This document shows positions 49,519-64,000 of a stretch of 64,000 bases of DNA, in pieces. A program made the position numbers and the translations under genes. This stretch comes from Octopus sinensis (taxonomy: Eukaryota). The stretch's first letter is position 1. The number at the start of each line of letters is the position of its first letter. Under the pieces are notes generated by a model, which saw nothing but the letters and a program-made list of their open reading frames with translations, was not told the origin of the DNA and did not search any database. Where the stretch lies: the NCBI RefSeq assembly GCF_006345805.1, contig NC_043007.1, forward strand, positions 46,934,001 through 46,998,000, given 5' to 3'.

Positions 49519-50720
49519 ATACTAATATATACACATAGTTATCAATATAGGAGAAGCAAATAATCGATAAGTAAGGTAGCAGATAACATGAAATCAAAGA
49601 CATTATTAAAATGGCCATCACGTTCAACGTAACGTTTGATCAATATGAGGGTGGCAATAACAAATTTGATTGCTTTAAAATTTTTTTTTTATGTGCCAAA
49701 TTGTATTATTATTTGCACTTCGACCTAATATATATATATATATATTGTCTGTAGCATATGTCCAAAGTTTCTTAATTTGAATTGTTAAATTCTTAAGTGA
49801 ATTTATATTGATATATTCTCAAAAAGATATTAACAAATTTGTTGTTGAATCTAGTGGTTGGCCTGCATATCAATGATATAATTAAATCTCAGGATATTAA
49901 TGTAATTTTGCTTTTTTTAATTTTGGGGAATATTGAAAGCAATTTGGGGAATATTTTAAGGAAACAATAATGTTCTAATGAGAGTCGTCATGTACTGCCA
50001 AAACTCACTTGAAGTTATGTTGACTCGGTACATTGTATTCATATATTATCATCTATCGTTATTGCAATGAACAATCAAAAATATTCAATAGAATAATCGA
50101 TGTGGTTTTGCCAGAGAATCGGCACGTTTAGTTGTGCATGTACCGTATTCCAAACGTTATGAAGATACTGCGATTGAAAGTACAAGAGAGAGCTTATTTG
50201 GCAGACATAAAATAAAGTTAACTACTTTTTCATAACTTTTTCTACTGTAATTGTCCTAATTAATTCCTCTTTTAGAGTAATCGGATCTTTCGATTGATAA
50301 TAAATTGAAATAGAAGGGAACCGACGACAAAGATGTAGAACCGTGATCAAAGACGTAACAGTTGTAACTATCCTTTCTTATGTTTGATTTGCTCAAACTA
50401 ATATCCTCTTATGCTTTAAGTCCAATGATTTGATACACATTTCGCTTCCAAGATAAGTTAAAAAATATCTTTTTAGAGTTTGTTGGTGTGTCATGTGCAT
50501 GTATTTCTATATACAAGGGTATGTAAAGATGTATAGATATTCGTCGACTTATTTATGGATTCCAGAGACTCTAATCAATTTAAAGTAGATTGGCTTTGAA
50601 TATATAATTTCAAGAAATTAACATTAGCATAAATGCTAATGTTAATTTGGACTGATCTGATGCAGCCATTTGTATAAAGCTTTAATACAGAATTTTGACG
50701 TCAGAAATAACTATCAGCTG

Positions 50721-50787
<67 letters not shown>

Positions 50788-53152
50788 CAGGTTCTTGGGT
50801 AATATTTCCTTTACGCTGAGGTGGACTTTCTAACTGAAATTATGTAAACGGAAACTGTATGGAAACTCGTTAAATTGATTGTAATGGCATTTCAAACTGT
50901 ACCGCCTTCTCTTGCACACTTTCATAAGTCTACCTGACATTATGTTGATGATACACCTGTCAGTGTAGTTCTCAGCAAGTTGTAATGGTAATTCTTGACA
51001 TAGTAATTCAGTTAATCAGTCACGCGAAACTTCATCGTTGACAAACGCAATGACACACGCACATGCACCCGCACACAAACACACACACACACACACACAT
51101 ACACACACATACACATACAGACATGCATATATATACGTCTACGTTTGGATGTGGATGAATGTCGTCTCGTGTGTATGTACGCATGTCAACAGAAATGTTA
51201 CATCCTGCAAAAATGCAGTTTTCTTCAGGGGAACTGAGATAATAATTAACAATTAGAAATTCTCAAAAAGAACATAGTGCCAGATAACTGGCCCGGTCTC
51301 ATATATATATATACATATGTAAGGTTTATATCCAAATGCATATGGTATATTTTTATGAATATAAATATTTATCCTGTCCTGTTGTGTCTGGGGGGAGTAA
51401 TTTTTTTGTGCCTTATAACAACAGACTATGCTTCAACACACGAACTCATATAAAGAATCTTGCAAATCAAATCCCAAAACGAAATATATATCCTGAATTT
51501 TATATATAGTAGCAAACCCATGTCTTCACACCTGCAGACGATTTTACTAATAATAGAATGTGCTACTTCACGACAATAGAGAAAACCATTGATAAATATC
51601 AGTAATCTAATAAACATAGATATATAATTGTGAAATTGATAACCATAAAATATTTCACTTCCCTTTTGGTGAAAATACCGGCTACTTCAGAACAACTCTT
51701 CTCACTCTAGTGCACTAGCATTTAGCGTTTCTTACTGACATTCTCTTCCACTCCATCTGTTATTTATTTCTCCCTCTACAAGCTTGGATGACGTGAAACA
51801 CATTGCGTTTTACTACATAGCTGGGGGTCCGTGTGTGTGTGTGTGAGAGAGAGAGATAGTGAGAGAGAGATAGTGAGAGAGAGATAGTGAGAGAGAGAGT
51901 GTGCATGTGTGTGCGTGAGTGTTTATGTTTGTGTATGCGTATGTGTGGGTGTATAAATGTTTGTATACGTTTGTATATGTAAATTTTTGTATGTATTTAT
52001 ACACACGTATAATACCTCCTGTATTTTTGTGCGCTCGTCTGTGTCTCTGTGTGTGCATGTCTGTTAAAATCTCTGTATTTACATTTCTTCTATGCCAGTA
52101 AGAATTGCTGTACGAATTGTATGTAATGCTTTACAGATTCAAACGCAATGCAACAGAAATGTACCAGTAATATAATCAGGTTGTATAAATCAAGAATAAC
52201 TCGTACTATTTGCAAGTTGCAAAAAAACGCCAACGTCTTGTTTAAGAATTAGATCAATATTGTTCAGATTCTGATATTTTGTTTTGATAGATTTATGATA
52301 TACCGAGAGAGATTTATTCCCTGCCAATAGCGATTAACTCTGGTTCGCTGATTGCTTGCTAGAGGAATAATTCTCAGCATCAATCAATGACATTCGCGTT
52401 ACTAAGTACACTGATTTCATTCTATATCTGACGAAATATTAGAAATGGAAATATAGTATTCATGTCTTTGCTGTAATGCCACTGTTGTTTCGCTGTCATT
52501 GATTTGTCAGTTTCGGGACTCGACTGTCTCATTTTGCTAAATACTTACATTGTTTCACCAACCTCCTTCATGAACGATTAACCTTCCTTTGTTGTGTTAT
52601 ATAGTTATATATGCGTAGGTTGTCTGTATAAGCGTGAAAGGCCTTACAACTGTTCAGTAAGTTGATTGATTTACAATAGAAGCAATAAAATGGCCGACCT
52701 TGAATATGAAAGCCATTTATTCAAATGAATAGACATATACCTATAAGTCTTTTCTGTGGTACTTCTGACATTCCCTTTCATGAGGTGTTATCATCTTTCG
52801 AGTCTTCTTTGTTCTCATGTATGTTATGTAATGATTGCACTCACCTCTGCCAGTCATTGCGTGTATGCCTGTCTTCTTGTTTGCCTATCATTCATTCTAT
52901 CGTATTTTGCCTATATTAACTACCGAATTTTCTATTTACGCTTTCTAGAATCTATTTATATTCATACTCATGTATTTTGTTACTGGATGCATAGGTGTTG
53001 AAATACTAAATTATTATTTCTTCGTTCAAATGTTACTGCATTATTTCGCTATGTTCTCCATACAGCAAAGTAGACTTCATGACTGACATAAATAAATAGT
53101 TGCTTTCGTTTTAATGTAAAATGTATGTACTGTCCTGATATTACGTTGTTAC

Positions 53153-53285
53153 TTAGGCGGTGGATTGATAGACTCGGTACAGAGTCGGAATAAATTATCT
53201 GCAGGATTTCTTTACATTCTGAGTTCGAAGGTTGTCGTGGTCAAGGTTGTTTTAACAGTATTTCTGGGTCGATGAAGAAATATGG
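53153..53285 (+). mobile_element. Degenerate SINE (20140 family)
   Basis: TTAGGCGGTGG head, TTTACATTCTGAGTTCGAA box B region and GGGTCGAT tail. Confidence 0.5.
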
Positions 53286-54535
53286 CAACTATGCACTGAG
53301 GTAGATGGCATCGACTACTATTCACATTTATTGTTTGCATTCTGGTATTGTGTTGATTTGTAGTATTGGCTGTATTGTGCCACAGTTAACATGTCACGAA
53401 TTCATGCCATCTGTTACATGCGTGCATATTATTTATATGTGGTTATTTAAATATTTATGCCTAATTGAGAATATATTTTTTCACATGTAGTGCTATATTT
53501 ACTTGTATTAGCTATGATGGTACAGACACTATATTCAACATGTGACGCACTTGATAATAATTCAACGACTTAGAAGTAATGGTAGCATTTCAATCATGGG
53601 GAGGACAGAAAGGACATACTTTTGATTTCTTATACTCTAAAACATATAGAATATTACTTTGCTAATAAAATATAGATTTTTAACACGTAAAAAAAATCAG
53701 CATTCAGTGATTTTTTACCATATGTATGATCGATAAACTGAAACTATTATGTAGGTTTGAAGAACCTGTGCATTACTATTCAGTATTCGGCCAATGGTGT
53801 TTACTACAATTCTCACAAGCCCGACAGAATCCAATCCAAATCAAAATTACACCCTATGTGATACTAAGATACTGGATGATATCTTAGATACGACACAGTG
53901 AATCAGCAAAAAGAGATATGGGACTGGCTGGACTCTCTTTGTCCAGTGTACAAAGGCTGACATCGAGATAAACAGGAAAAAAATGTAGTGCAACTAGAAC
54001 TGCACAAAGATAAGAAGAAGAAATACTGTCAATACTTATAGCATTAACCATTTCATATATGAGTCGTAATATCAAATCCTTACAAAATAAATAGACAGAA
54101 ACGTGTGTAACGGAAGGAAATATTTCACTTTCATTTTTTGGTCATTCCGAAAAGACGTTCTCACGTATTGTGAATGAAAAGGATTACTTCAAGAACATTT
54201 TTTAATATTTGCATTAGTCGAGCACAGGTTAATAGTTTAGACGATATTTGTCCAATTCTTTTATTCTCATTACACCAATGCATACGACAAAACCTCTAAC
54301 AAACTACTGAAAGGTGTGAGTTTTGTCGAATACTTTACAGCTTTATTTCGAATTCTCCAGCAATAAAACATCATGAATGAATAAAAATCGTTATTACATC
54401 GAATATGAAAACAACACAAGTCATTAATAAATTAAGGAGAATTTATGTTCACGAAAAAAGAAAACGTTATTAGATGGTCGTAATAGGGATGGAAGAAAAT
54501 ATGATACAAACTTTGTAAGTAGGAATATTAATATG

Positions 54536-54590
<55 letters not shown>

Positions 54591-54654
54591 GTGTGTGCGT
54601 GTGTGTGTGTATACATATGTATATGTATATATATGCGTACACACACTTGTACTC

Positions 54655-54965
54655 TGTTACTCTTGTATTTGTGCCAGTCGTTTGACTGCAGCAAAGCTGG
54701 ACAACTCCAGGACTTATTCTTTGTAAGCCTGGCACTTATTCTATCTTCTCTTTTGCTGAACTGCAAAGTTACGGGGACATAAACACAACAACATCGGTTG
54801 TCAAAATATAACGTGGGAAAAACACAGGCACAAAGACACACACATAAATACATACATATTCATATACGACGGGTTCCTTTCAATTACTCTCTACCAAATG
54901 CACTTACAAGTCTTTGTTCTGCCTCACAGAAAATATTACCGTGAATCACACCTGTGGTCCACAAT
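54655..54965 (-). mobile_element. Degenerate SINE (17364 family)
   Basis: Reverse complement of the 3' half (ACAACCGATGTTG…TTTATGTCCCCGTAACTT) plus body. Confidence 0.7.
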
Positions 54966-55204
54966 GGGGCAAGTCTAAGTCCGGCGTTCTGTACTATTGG
55001 TCAGATACAATTTGAATCGAGGTCACCCGAATCCTTTATCTTTTCTTGTTTGCTACGTCATCTATTTGCTATATCATGCTTTGTATTCAAAAATAAACTA
55101 TAAATGTTGTGCAATCGATGTGTTTGTTAATCTGAGATTTTCTCCATTTTCTGATTATTTGTATTTATCTCCTGAGAAAGTCTTGTTTATCCTGTTGTTA
55201 TTTG

Positions 55205-55470
55205 CACATTCCCGGCGACTCGTTGTGGCCTTGAGCAAGACACTTTATTTCACCTGGCTACAGTCCACTCAGTAGGTAAAAATTAGAAGTACCTGCATTT
55301 CAAAGGGCCAACCTTGACACACTCTGTGTCACGCTGATCCCTATGAGAACTATGTTTAGGGTACACGTGTCTGTGGAATTCTCAGCCACTTGCATGCTAA
55401 TTTTGTGAGCAAGCTGTTCCGTTGATCGTATCAGCCGGGATCTTCGTCCTGGTAACCGACAGAGTGTTCC
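55205..55470 (+). mobile_element. CORE-like SINE fragment
   Basis: GTGGCCTTGAGCAAGACACTTTATTTCAC…CAGTCCACTCAG is a CORE/MIR-like block. Confidence 0.55.
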
Positions 55471-55963
55471 TATAGATATATATATATATATATATATACT
55501 CACGCACATGCATGTGTGTGTGTGTGTATGTGTGTGTTCTTACTTACTGATGACACTACCAAAATAGCCCGTACTGATCGGTGTTCTGGGCGATTACAGT
55601 CTCTCTCGGCATATATGTATACAATTATGTGCTTTAACTACAGCATTAGAGCAATTTAGCTTTTATTTCTAGCCATGTAGGTATTCTAAAATCCTTAGTC
55701 GCATTTAGTGATAGTATATGGCATTCCTTTGCGGTAACATTTTATTGTACACACATTACCAATTCGCTAAATCATCCTTAAATTTTGATGGTGAATACAT
55801 ATATATAGTAGCATACCCGTGTCTCCAAAAATGCCGTACAGCATCACCCAACGACGCCAATCAGCAGAATGATGCCTGAGGTTCGCATGAATTGGCTTCT
55901 AACGACAAAAGACTGAACTAAAACGTGTCTCACAGATCGTTTCCTGTTGATTTTCGTTAGCCC

Positions 55964-56008
<45 letters not shown>

Positions 56009-56016
<8 letters not shown>

Positions 56017-56303
56017 AAAGGGCTTAGTAAAATAAATTACTTTGCCGCATACTGAACTCATTAGAAATAGCAGCTAAAAAACTTTTTAAAGCTATTTCTA
56101 ATACTTAAAGAAAATCTCTCTCATATATAGTGTTTGCTTAATTCAACTCACAAACTTTTGTGAGTTGAATTAAGCAAACACTATATATGAGAGAGATTTT
56201 CTTTAAGTATTAGAAATAGCTTTAAAAAAGTTTTTTAGCTGCTATTTCTAATGAGTTCAGTATGCGGCAAAGTAATTTATTTTACTAAGCCCTTTTATAT
56301 AAT
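56009..56303. repeat. Near-perfect palindrome (about 146-bp arms, 2-nt loop) next to (TA)n
   Basis: …ATTCAACTCACAAA ct TTTGTGAGTTGAAT…; the only difference seen is a 5 vs 6 homopolymer length. Confidence 0.95.
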
Positions 56304-56396
56304 GTAATAATTTGAATTCGCCTTGAATGGTCCCTTTGCATACTGAACACTTGGTGAAATTGATTAATAATTAATTAATTTTGCCCTCAATTGTTG

Positions 56397-56450
<54 letters not shown>

Positions 56451-58851
56451 TGTGTGTGTATATATAGGCTTGACCAAAATTCACCCCTTAGTAAATCAAT
56501 GTTCCATATATAATATTAATATACAATTTTATTTATTAATTAGCATTATGAATGTTTAATAATTAAATGCTGTAAGTTAAGTTCATCGTTTTTCTTTTCA
56601 ACATTTGTCTATTTATTAGTGAAATCTCATATAAAATATTTTTTTGTTTTAATCTTGCAATTAAATGGTTTTTATAGTCTGTCAGGTAAAATGTGACCAA
56701 CCATGTATACATACCTACATACATACATACATATATACATACACATATATATGCTCCATTAATATACCTTCAGACAGCACTCGCTTTAGTGAATTTCAAA
56801 CCTTATAACATGTTGTTGCTGTTGTTGAACTGAATGCTAGTCTCTATTGAAAACTCATTTGATAAACGGTGGTCCAGTCATGACCAGCGCATTCACATTT
56901 GTAAATTGGAAGGATTAAATTGGTCAATATGTCCTTATTTTGTAAAGTGATTTGTGCAGGTATGGTAACAATTTGTGATATTCTATTGTTGTTGTTGTTG
57001 TTCTTCTTCTTCTTCTTCTTGTTAATGTGGTTGTTTTTACATGTATATTGTCACTGGAAGAATGGACAGGAGACACTTTGTCGCTACTGTTGCGCCATCT
57101 GCGGGGAATGCAAAAGAAATGCCCGCATTTTTCTCTCTAAAAAGGATAAAACTTATGCGCCGGAAAACATCGAAAGTGGATGACCATAGCTCTAACGACT
57201 TTGTTCAAATTCTCCCTAGGTAGGGAGGATCTCCGTTTAAGGAAAGATATAAACAACTACTGGAGCAAGAGGGAATGTTGAGTATCTAAATGAAGGCATT
57301 TAGTCCTATACTTGAATAATTTATGATTCCACATATTTTCATGTTGGTAGATGGTAATGTTTAATAATCCATTTAAACACAGTAAAGCTCTACGTTTTGA
57401 CGCTTTTCTTCGGGTTGTTATGATGCCAGTCCTTAGGATCCCGAGTGTGACCACTGCGTGAAACTAAAAGAGGGAAACAGAATGATGATGATGAGGAGGA
57501 GGAGGAGGAGGAAGGGGAGGAGGAGGAGGGTGGTGATATCGACGATCTCGATGATCAACTTAATAAATTTCAACGACATACAATTCTAACACTTGATGAA
57601 AATGAGAAATGTAAAAAAAAAATAAAATCCGTTTCGCTGATATGGACATCCTGAGAAGCAACAATTATAGTTATTTGTTTATTTATTTATTTTATGTCTC
57701 GGTTAATGTCTGGCTGATAAAAATGTCTTTACGTGTTCGGAAATACTATTTTTGTTCTTCTTTAAATAGATTGATTACTAAGTGTGAAAAGTCATTCAAT
57801 CTCAGATCATTTGACGAGATTTCAGAAATATATTTATATCACTTATCACATATTCTACAGTCCTAACTAATAAAGTAAAAACAGCATAAAAATATGTAAT
57901 ACGACTTAAATAAATGGATGGAAATGGAAAGGGAAATAAGTGATATAGATCTAATGACTTACAATAAAATCAATGTTTTTAATTTATATCGAGACGTCTC
58001 GCTTATAATCCTAACACGTCCGTGTCTGTTTCGAAAGTACATCCTTAATTCTAGACTCGGGATTTATAGGATGTTGCTATAATTGAAGAGATTAGATATC
58101 GAAAATAGGAAAAGAACTTAAGCATTTTTTTTCAATTTACTAGTTATTTTCCTCCGTGTTTATATAGAATACATATTATGTATATGTATGCATATGTGTA
58201 TACGTATATTTGTGAGAGCGTGTATACAGCGAAAGATAGATAAAAATATTCATACGGGAACGAATGAATAGACGTGTGAGTGAGCGTGTCTGTATTTTTA
58301 TATATATGGTGGCTGTCCCTCGTTATCGAGTATGGACATTGCCCGAAGCTTAATCAATACTGTTATCGTGCAAATGCCTGTGCAACAAGATTTTTTTAAA
58401 AGTGAGGAAAGGCTGTGCACAGTGAATCCCACTCACTAAGCAACATCAGCCATAATCTGAAAAGAAGAACAAGTCAACATCATCGGTAACCACTGAGCCG
58501 TAGGCTTTATGTCGGAGTTATCCCAGTTACCTGAGTTACCTTCTCCTAGAAGGATGCCCTAACAAAGGCTATGAGTCCTTCACTCACAATGGTTTAACCG
58601 CGCGATCGGGTATTCAGTCCGATTATTTCTATGTCCCTGCGATACAGCCTTAAGACATTTATTGGATGGCCGTTGACTCTCAAGAGTTCCTCCGCCCTTT
58701 GACGGGTTTTGTTTTTCATCTCGCAGGGTGTCCAATAAACACCCTCCTCACCAAGCAAGCTTGGTGTGGTTGCCGGTTTAGTTGCCGACGACCCGACCAT
58801 GCAACAGGTTGTACTAGGTTACATGTTACCAGTAGCACTCGAAAGTGACCT

Positions 58852-58891
<40 letters not shown>

Positions 58892-58914
58892 CATACATAT
58901 ATACATACATACAA

Positions 58915-58974
<60 letters not shown>

Positions 58975-59729
58975 ATCCGAATTCTATAGTATTAAGTATC
59001 CATGATGCTGGTCTTATCAATCGGTTTCGCGCAAATGGAGTGTTAGGTAACATTTCAATTATATAATTACACGCATAACTGGTTGCCGATATGGAAGGGA
59101 ATATGGTGACTGCTCTCTATTGTCGAAGGTGGATTAGCACAAACCGTCAGCGGCTGCTATGAAAAAAAGTGGTGAAACGGAATATGGGCCTGAGGATTGG
59201 GCTAGGAGTTATGTTCCTTGGTTGGGTATGTTGGAAAGCCGGCAAGAGTTATCTTGAAATGCGGAAGGTGTTTATTATTAATGTGGCGTCCCTGCGGGCA
59301 TGGAGTGTGTAGTATGTGTAGCGGTGTCATGTGAATAATTTTTTTGCGTGAATAGCTATATACAGCTCTGTTCGTTGGACTGTTTCCTTTCTGCAAAAGA
59401 TAAAGTTGTGGGATCTTTATATTAGCTACGATCTGTAATGTGTAATGTGTGTGACGGGGTTTGTGTATAGGTGGGGGTACAGTTTGCGTGCGGGGGTTTG
59501 TGTTGGGGTGATTGAGATAGTTACATTCGAGATGTCAAACTTATAAGGGTGTGCGTGTGTGTACAGGGGTGCATTGGTGTTTGTCTTCTTCAAACTCTCT
59601 TCGCCGGGCCCAACGCCATTGGTGGAACTCGTTTTCGTAAGGCCCACGCAGGGAGCCTGTAGTTGGAGTCATGGTGGGGCGTACAGATATGATAAAATGT
59701 ATTTCCATTCATTCAGGCCAGGATTATCC

Positions 59730-60600
59730 ACCTCACTCCTGTTGTTCAGGTAAACATCCAGGTGTTGGGTACCTTTTAAAATCGCTCTCTCCTCAGCCAG
59801 GAGTAATCTGCCCTTCCTGCTGTTATTGAAATACGGCTTGTATTATTCTACAATTTTCCTCCTTATGTTGTACTCCGTGGCGCTTTCTTTCAGTGTCCAG
59901 ACGTGCCTGTCTAGGGTTTAATGCGCTGCGTCTCCCTGGGATGTTGAATGAGGTTTTTTGTTGTTAAAGTTCGTGCTGAAGAGGCCTTCCGTTTCCCCCA
60001 CATATTCCCGCACGCTCGGCTGTCCATTGGTTCCTGTTGCTGTTACTACTGCCTTGTAAACAACTAATTCCCTATTGCATTGGCCGTTTAGTAGAGAAGT
60101 TGTGTTACTTCTCCATGAGCATCCTGCCTCAGTCTCGGGCCGGGGCCTACCTACTACAATCTTTTTTACATTAGGTGCACAGGTAAAGAATAACCTCACC
60201 GTATGTCTATTAAATATTTTGTTGAATATATTGGTACGAGAGAAGGATCTATCAACTAAACTAAGGAAGATCTTACCTACTCTGGTCCTAATGTTTCAAG
60301 AGAATGGCGGCGTGAACCACAGTACATTCTGACGACGCCTTCTCTCAGTGGGGCCAGGGTCTGGTATGTAACTAATAACTAATACTATCCTTGAAACCGC
60401 TGGCAGACAGAGCCCGGTTGTAGTACAAAGCAGCAGCATCAAAGATCTCTTTGCTTGCAGACAAGCTGGAGATTCTCCTGCTGACGCTCTTAACTAGGTT
60501 CCTGAAAATTATGTCAAGATGGCAGGAGCCTGTGTTAATGTAAAACAACTTCAGACGAGTATATACTGCCATTGACGCGATGGTATTTGAAATGTTGTCT
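59730..60600 (-). mobile_element. Decayed PLE 3' fragment, same clade as 44856-47460
   Basis: FYINTGSCH, RRISSLSASKEIFDAAALYYNRALSASGFK, CSWR…LNGQC, VVYKAVV…EYVGET, RHVWTLKE, YLNNRSE; frameshifted. Confidence 0.75.
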
Positions 60601-61227
60601 AGGTGAATCTAGCCGATGAGAACTAATCAAATTTACGTTTACCAACGTAATTTGGAAACTTCGAAATTTAGGGCCTAGATTATCCACATCTGGGTTGTAG
60701 ATTTATTTAATGTTCTTCCTAAAGGTAAGATGAAATTCGTTTTTTTGTTCGCCGCCCGCTAACATTTTTGCCAGTATATACACACAATGAAGCTTTACTA
60801 TATCGTCGTATATTATCGACGGCTATTTCCTTCAAATATTGGTGCATTGTTGTACCACATATAAGCAACAGGAGATCAAGCGGTGATGCAGTACGACCGT
60901 TTCAATCGGCTCTATCTACACACACACACATGCACACTCACACACACACACACACACTCACACACATACAGAAACACACACACAAACACACACACACACA
61001 CACACCACACACACACACACACACCACACACACACACACACAAACACACATATATACATGTATATGCTATTTCGGCATGGTGGTGTCTCTCAGATACCCT
61101 TAGTTATAGTTGTGAAAAATTATTACCTTTGTATGGTATTTATTCCTATGCTGGTCACTTGATAATATCGGTATTTCAATATCGATATTATCCTTATTTA
61201 TAAATATATATGTATATATATATAATA

Positions 61228-61288
<61 letters not shown>

Positions 61289-61844
61289 ACCGAGTTTGCA
61301 TGATTGTGTATAGGAGAATATTAACCAAGGAAATTCCAAATATGTCTGGTTTTCACGTTTTATCATTTGAGAATTTTACAATTTTACAGTATTGAAATAC
61401 AGTAGAATTTCCTTGCGTTATGCAATCATCAGGTTCATGTAGTGACAGACGTGTTCTGAACTTGACAGCTATGGTAAACTAGTTTGAATTATCTTTTAGA
61501 AACCCTCCGATGTACTCCAGCAGACTTAATATTATGAACTGTATTTTGACAAATCAGTATGTAGGTTAGATATCACGGCTTGGGGAATGCACCAATTAAG
61601 TTGTAACTGTATTTCAACCAATCAGTATGTAGTTTAGGCGTCAAGGACTCTTTACTTTGGCCGCAACTGAAAGAATAAATTTTGGATATTTTTAGGAATG
61701 TTCTAAACAGCATTCTTATTTCCATTAAATTCTATAGTCCCTATTCCAGAAATTTGTACATTTCAATACTTGTAAACACATAAGACCAGAAGCAATGAGA
61801 GCCATTTATAGTATTATTTTGTGTTTATTTTTTCTTTTTGGATA

Positions 61845-61879
<35 letters not shown>

Positions 61880-62796
61880 AAATATGGATAAAAAACGGCC
61901 TTGCCATATACATATATTCTCATCTGTTGAACGCAGTGCCCTGGAGCTTGATTAAAGCGATAAAAATTCTCTGTTTCAATTAACTACGCACAGATACAAA
62001 CAGACATGCATGCACGCGCAAACAATCACATAAACAAACATATGTTGCACCTGCGTGTTGTTCCATTACCTGTCATCTTTTGTTTCCTGTAAATTTGAAC
62101 CATGTAGATAAATACACACATCTATAAATATATGTATATACATACTTGCAATGAAATTGTTGACCATCCTTAGAATCCATTCAACACAATACATTCACAC
62201 AGCTGACCATATTCTCAGTAGAAAAGGAATTTGTCATTTAATTCAATAAAATTTCTGACAACTGAAATCCATTTAGCACAATATATATATGCCGCTGATG
62301 ATTTTCAGATCAAAAATGAAATAAAGATATACATTGATACAAAAATACTTCCTTCCTCAAAACAATATCTTCAAAAAAAAAAATCACGTACACACACACA
62401 CCACAAACATGCAAACATACACACACACACACACACATATAAATATATATATATATATAAATTATATACACATATATACATATACATATACTTATGTATA
62501 TGTGTGTGTATGTATATAATCAAAATAAGCAACAAGTATATCCAGAGGTCATACAGTACGATCGTTTCACGTAACTCCATTTAATACATAGAATTTAATT
62601 AAATTATTACAGATGGACACATTAGTATGACTTTACCTAAAGTCTCCAAGAAGTTAAGGAGATAGACAAAGAACATGCTGCTTTCACTTGTAGCTTATTT
62701 GGATTCCAATCAACTTATTTTGAAATTTTATGGATAATTCGTACCATTGTCATCTGAATCTAAATTTTTGCTAAACTCACATACCATACACAAACG

Positions 62797-62857
<61 letters not shown>

Positions 62858-63085
62858 TGTGTGTGTGTGTGAGTGTGTATGTATATATATATATATACAT
62901 ATATATATGTATATATATATGTGTGTGTGTGTGTGTATGTGTGTGTGATTGTGTGTGTGTAAGAAGTAATTGAGATTCAGTTGAATTAGGCACTTAAGTT
63001 TAAGCACACAGTCAGAGAGGTATTAACCGTACAACGCAAAGTAAGGTTAATAAAATCAAAATAAGCAACAGGATATCAAGTGGTG

Positions 63086-63173
63086 ATGCAGCACGACCGT
63101 TTCAACCGGCTTTATTTAACTGACCAATGCAAGCATTACATCAATTCAAATGCAGGCCTATCCTCAGCTGCAT
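63086..63173 (-). ncRNA. Decayed type I hammerhead-like motif
   Basis: ATGCAG-CTGAGGA-TAGGC…GCCGGTT-GAAA-CGG-TC-GTG-CTGCAT; stem I is offset by 3 nt and stem II is imperfect. Confidence 0.35.
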
Positions 63174-64000
63174 AAATAAATAGAATGTTTAATCAGTTGG
63201 ATACATTAATATAATTTTACTCAAATTCTCTAATAGAGCCAGAAGACGCTGATTCTCAGCTTATAATTAATATGAAGATAGCATGATTTATCGCCCCTGT
63301 ATTCCATAAGTAAATATACAAAGCAATCTTAATAGTACAGAAACCACTTTGATATGTAAATAATTAAGTAGAGGAATGAATATTAAACTAATTCTATGTA
63401 TTCTTCCCTTTCTAATGTTGAAAATTAGTATACACAAACGTTTTATATGTTCTCGTTATAATATCATTTTTAGTAATTTTAAATTTTATCATTATAGAAG
63501 ATAACAATATTGTTTATATACAATCATCCATAATACCCCATGATAATTTATTCTTTATTTACATCATATGTTTTATTAGCGTCTTGCGCCTTTAACTGGT
63601 GCTTAACATCTTGATTTGGGATCTTCCCCTACCCAGCCTCCTTTACAGACAGTTAATTATATAAATAATAAAATGCTGACAATATTAATGGCCATACCCA
63701 ACTATAAACTGTCAACTCACTCCTTTCTAAGCATACACTGATAGTTGATAAAAAAAGCACTAATAAATTAAAAATTAACCAAAATCCTTTACAAGCTATG
63801 ACCTTAGCAAACCTCATACCGTGTAGTATATTCTTAGCTACATTAGTAGCAACATGGACTATTTTCCTCTTCTGGCTCTTTTAGAGAATTTGAGTAAAAT
63901 TATATTAATGTGTCCAACTGATTAAAAATTTTATTTATTTATGCAGCTATTTAAATTGATGAAATAAATGATTGCATTGCTCAATTAAATGGAGCCGCTT

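Noticed and set aside
58300-58850. GC-richer segments resembling RTE-type LINE untranslated ends
   Set aside because: No coding motif and no second copy in the window; family assignment is not supportable from sequence alone.
59170-59260. GAAA and CTGAGGA motifs near 59175-59245
   Set aside because: Spacing and pairing fit no hammerhead topology.
60113-60115. TGG at a conserved Cys position (CSWR) as a trace of a selenocysteine UGA
   Set aside because: Selenocysteine use is reported for N-terminal-EN Naiads; this copy is decayed, neighbouring Cys codons are also mutated, and no SECIS was seen.

Overview
AT-rich, microsatellite-dense eukaryotic intergenic/intronic DNA; the repeat spectrum and SINE types suggest an octopus (inference, no search run). 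I cannot support any host protein-coding gene; nearly all short ORFs in the track are microsatellite translations or antisense/alternate frames of transposon ORFs. (1) Bases 1-15173 are a head-to-tail array of three diverged Tx1/L1-clade LINEs on the minus strand. They are separated and bounded by (TATC)n/(GATA)n tracts, share junction register, and lack poly(A) tails, which points to a GATA-microsatellite-targeting family. (2) There is a Penelope-like element (PLE) and hammerhead-ribozyme landscape: a 478-bp tandem+inverted unit with three type I hammerheads (25763-26978), a chimeric EN-RT-EN open frame with a downstream hammerhead (43923-47460), two fold-back palindromes next to (TA)n, and several hammerhead relics. 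(3) The rest is decayed R4/Dong-like, CR1-like, Tx1 and mariner fragments, tRNA-type SINEs and simple repeats. Identity figures are by-eye estimates.
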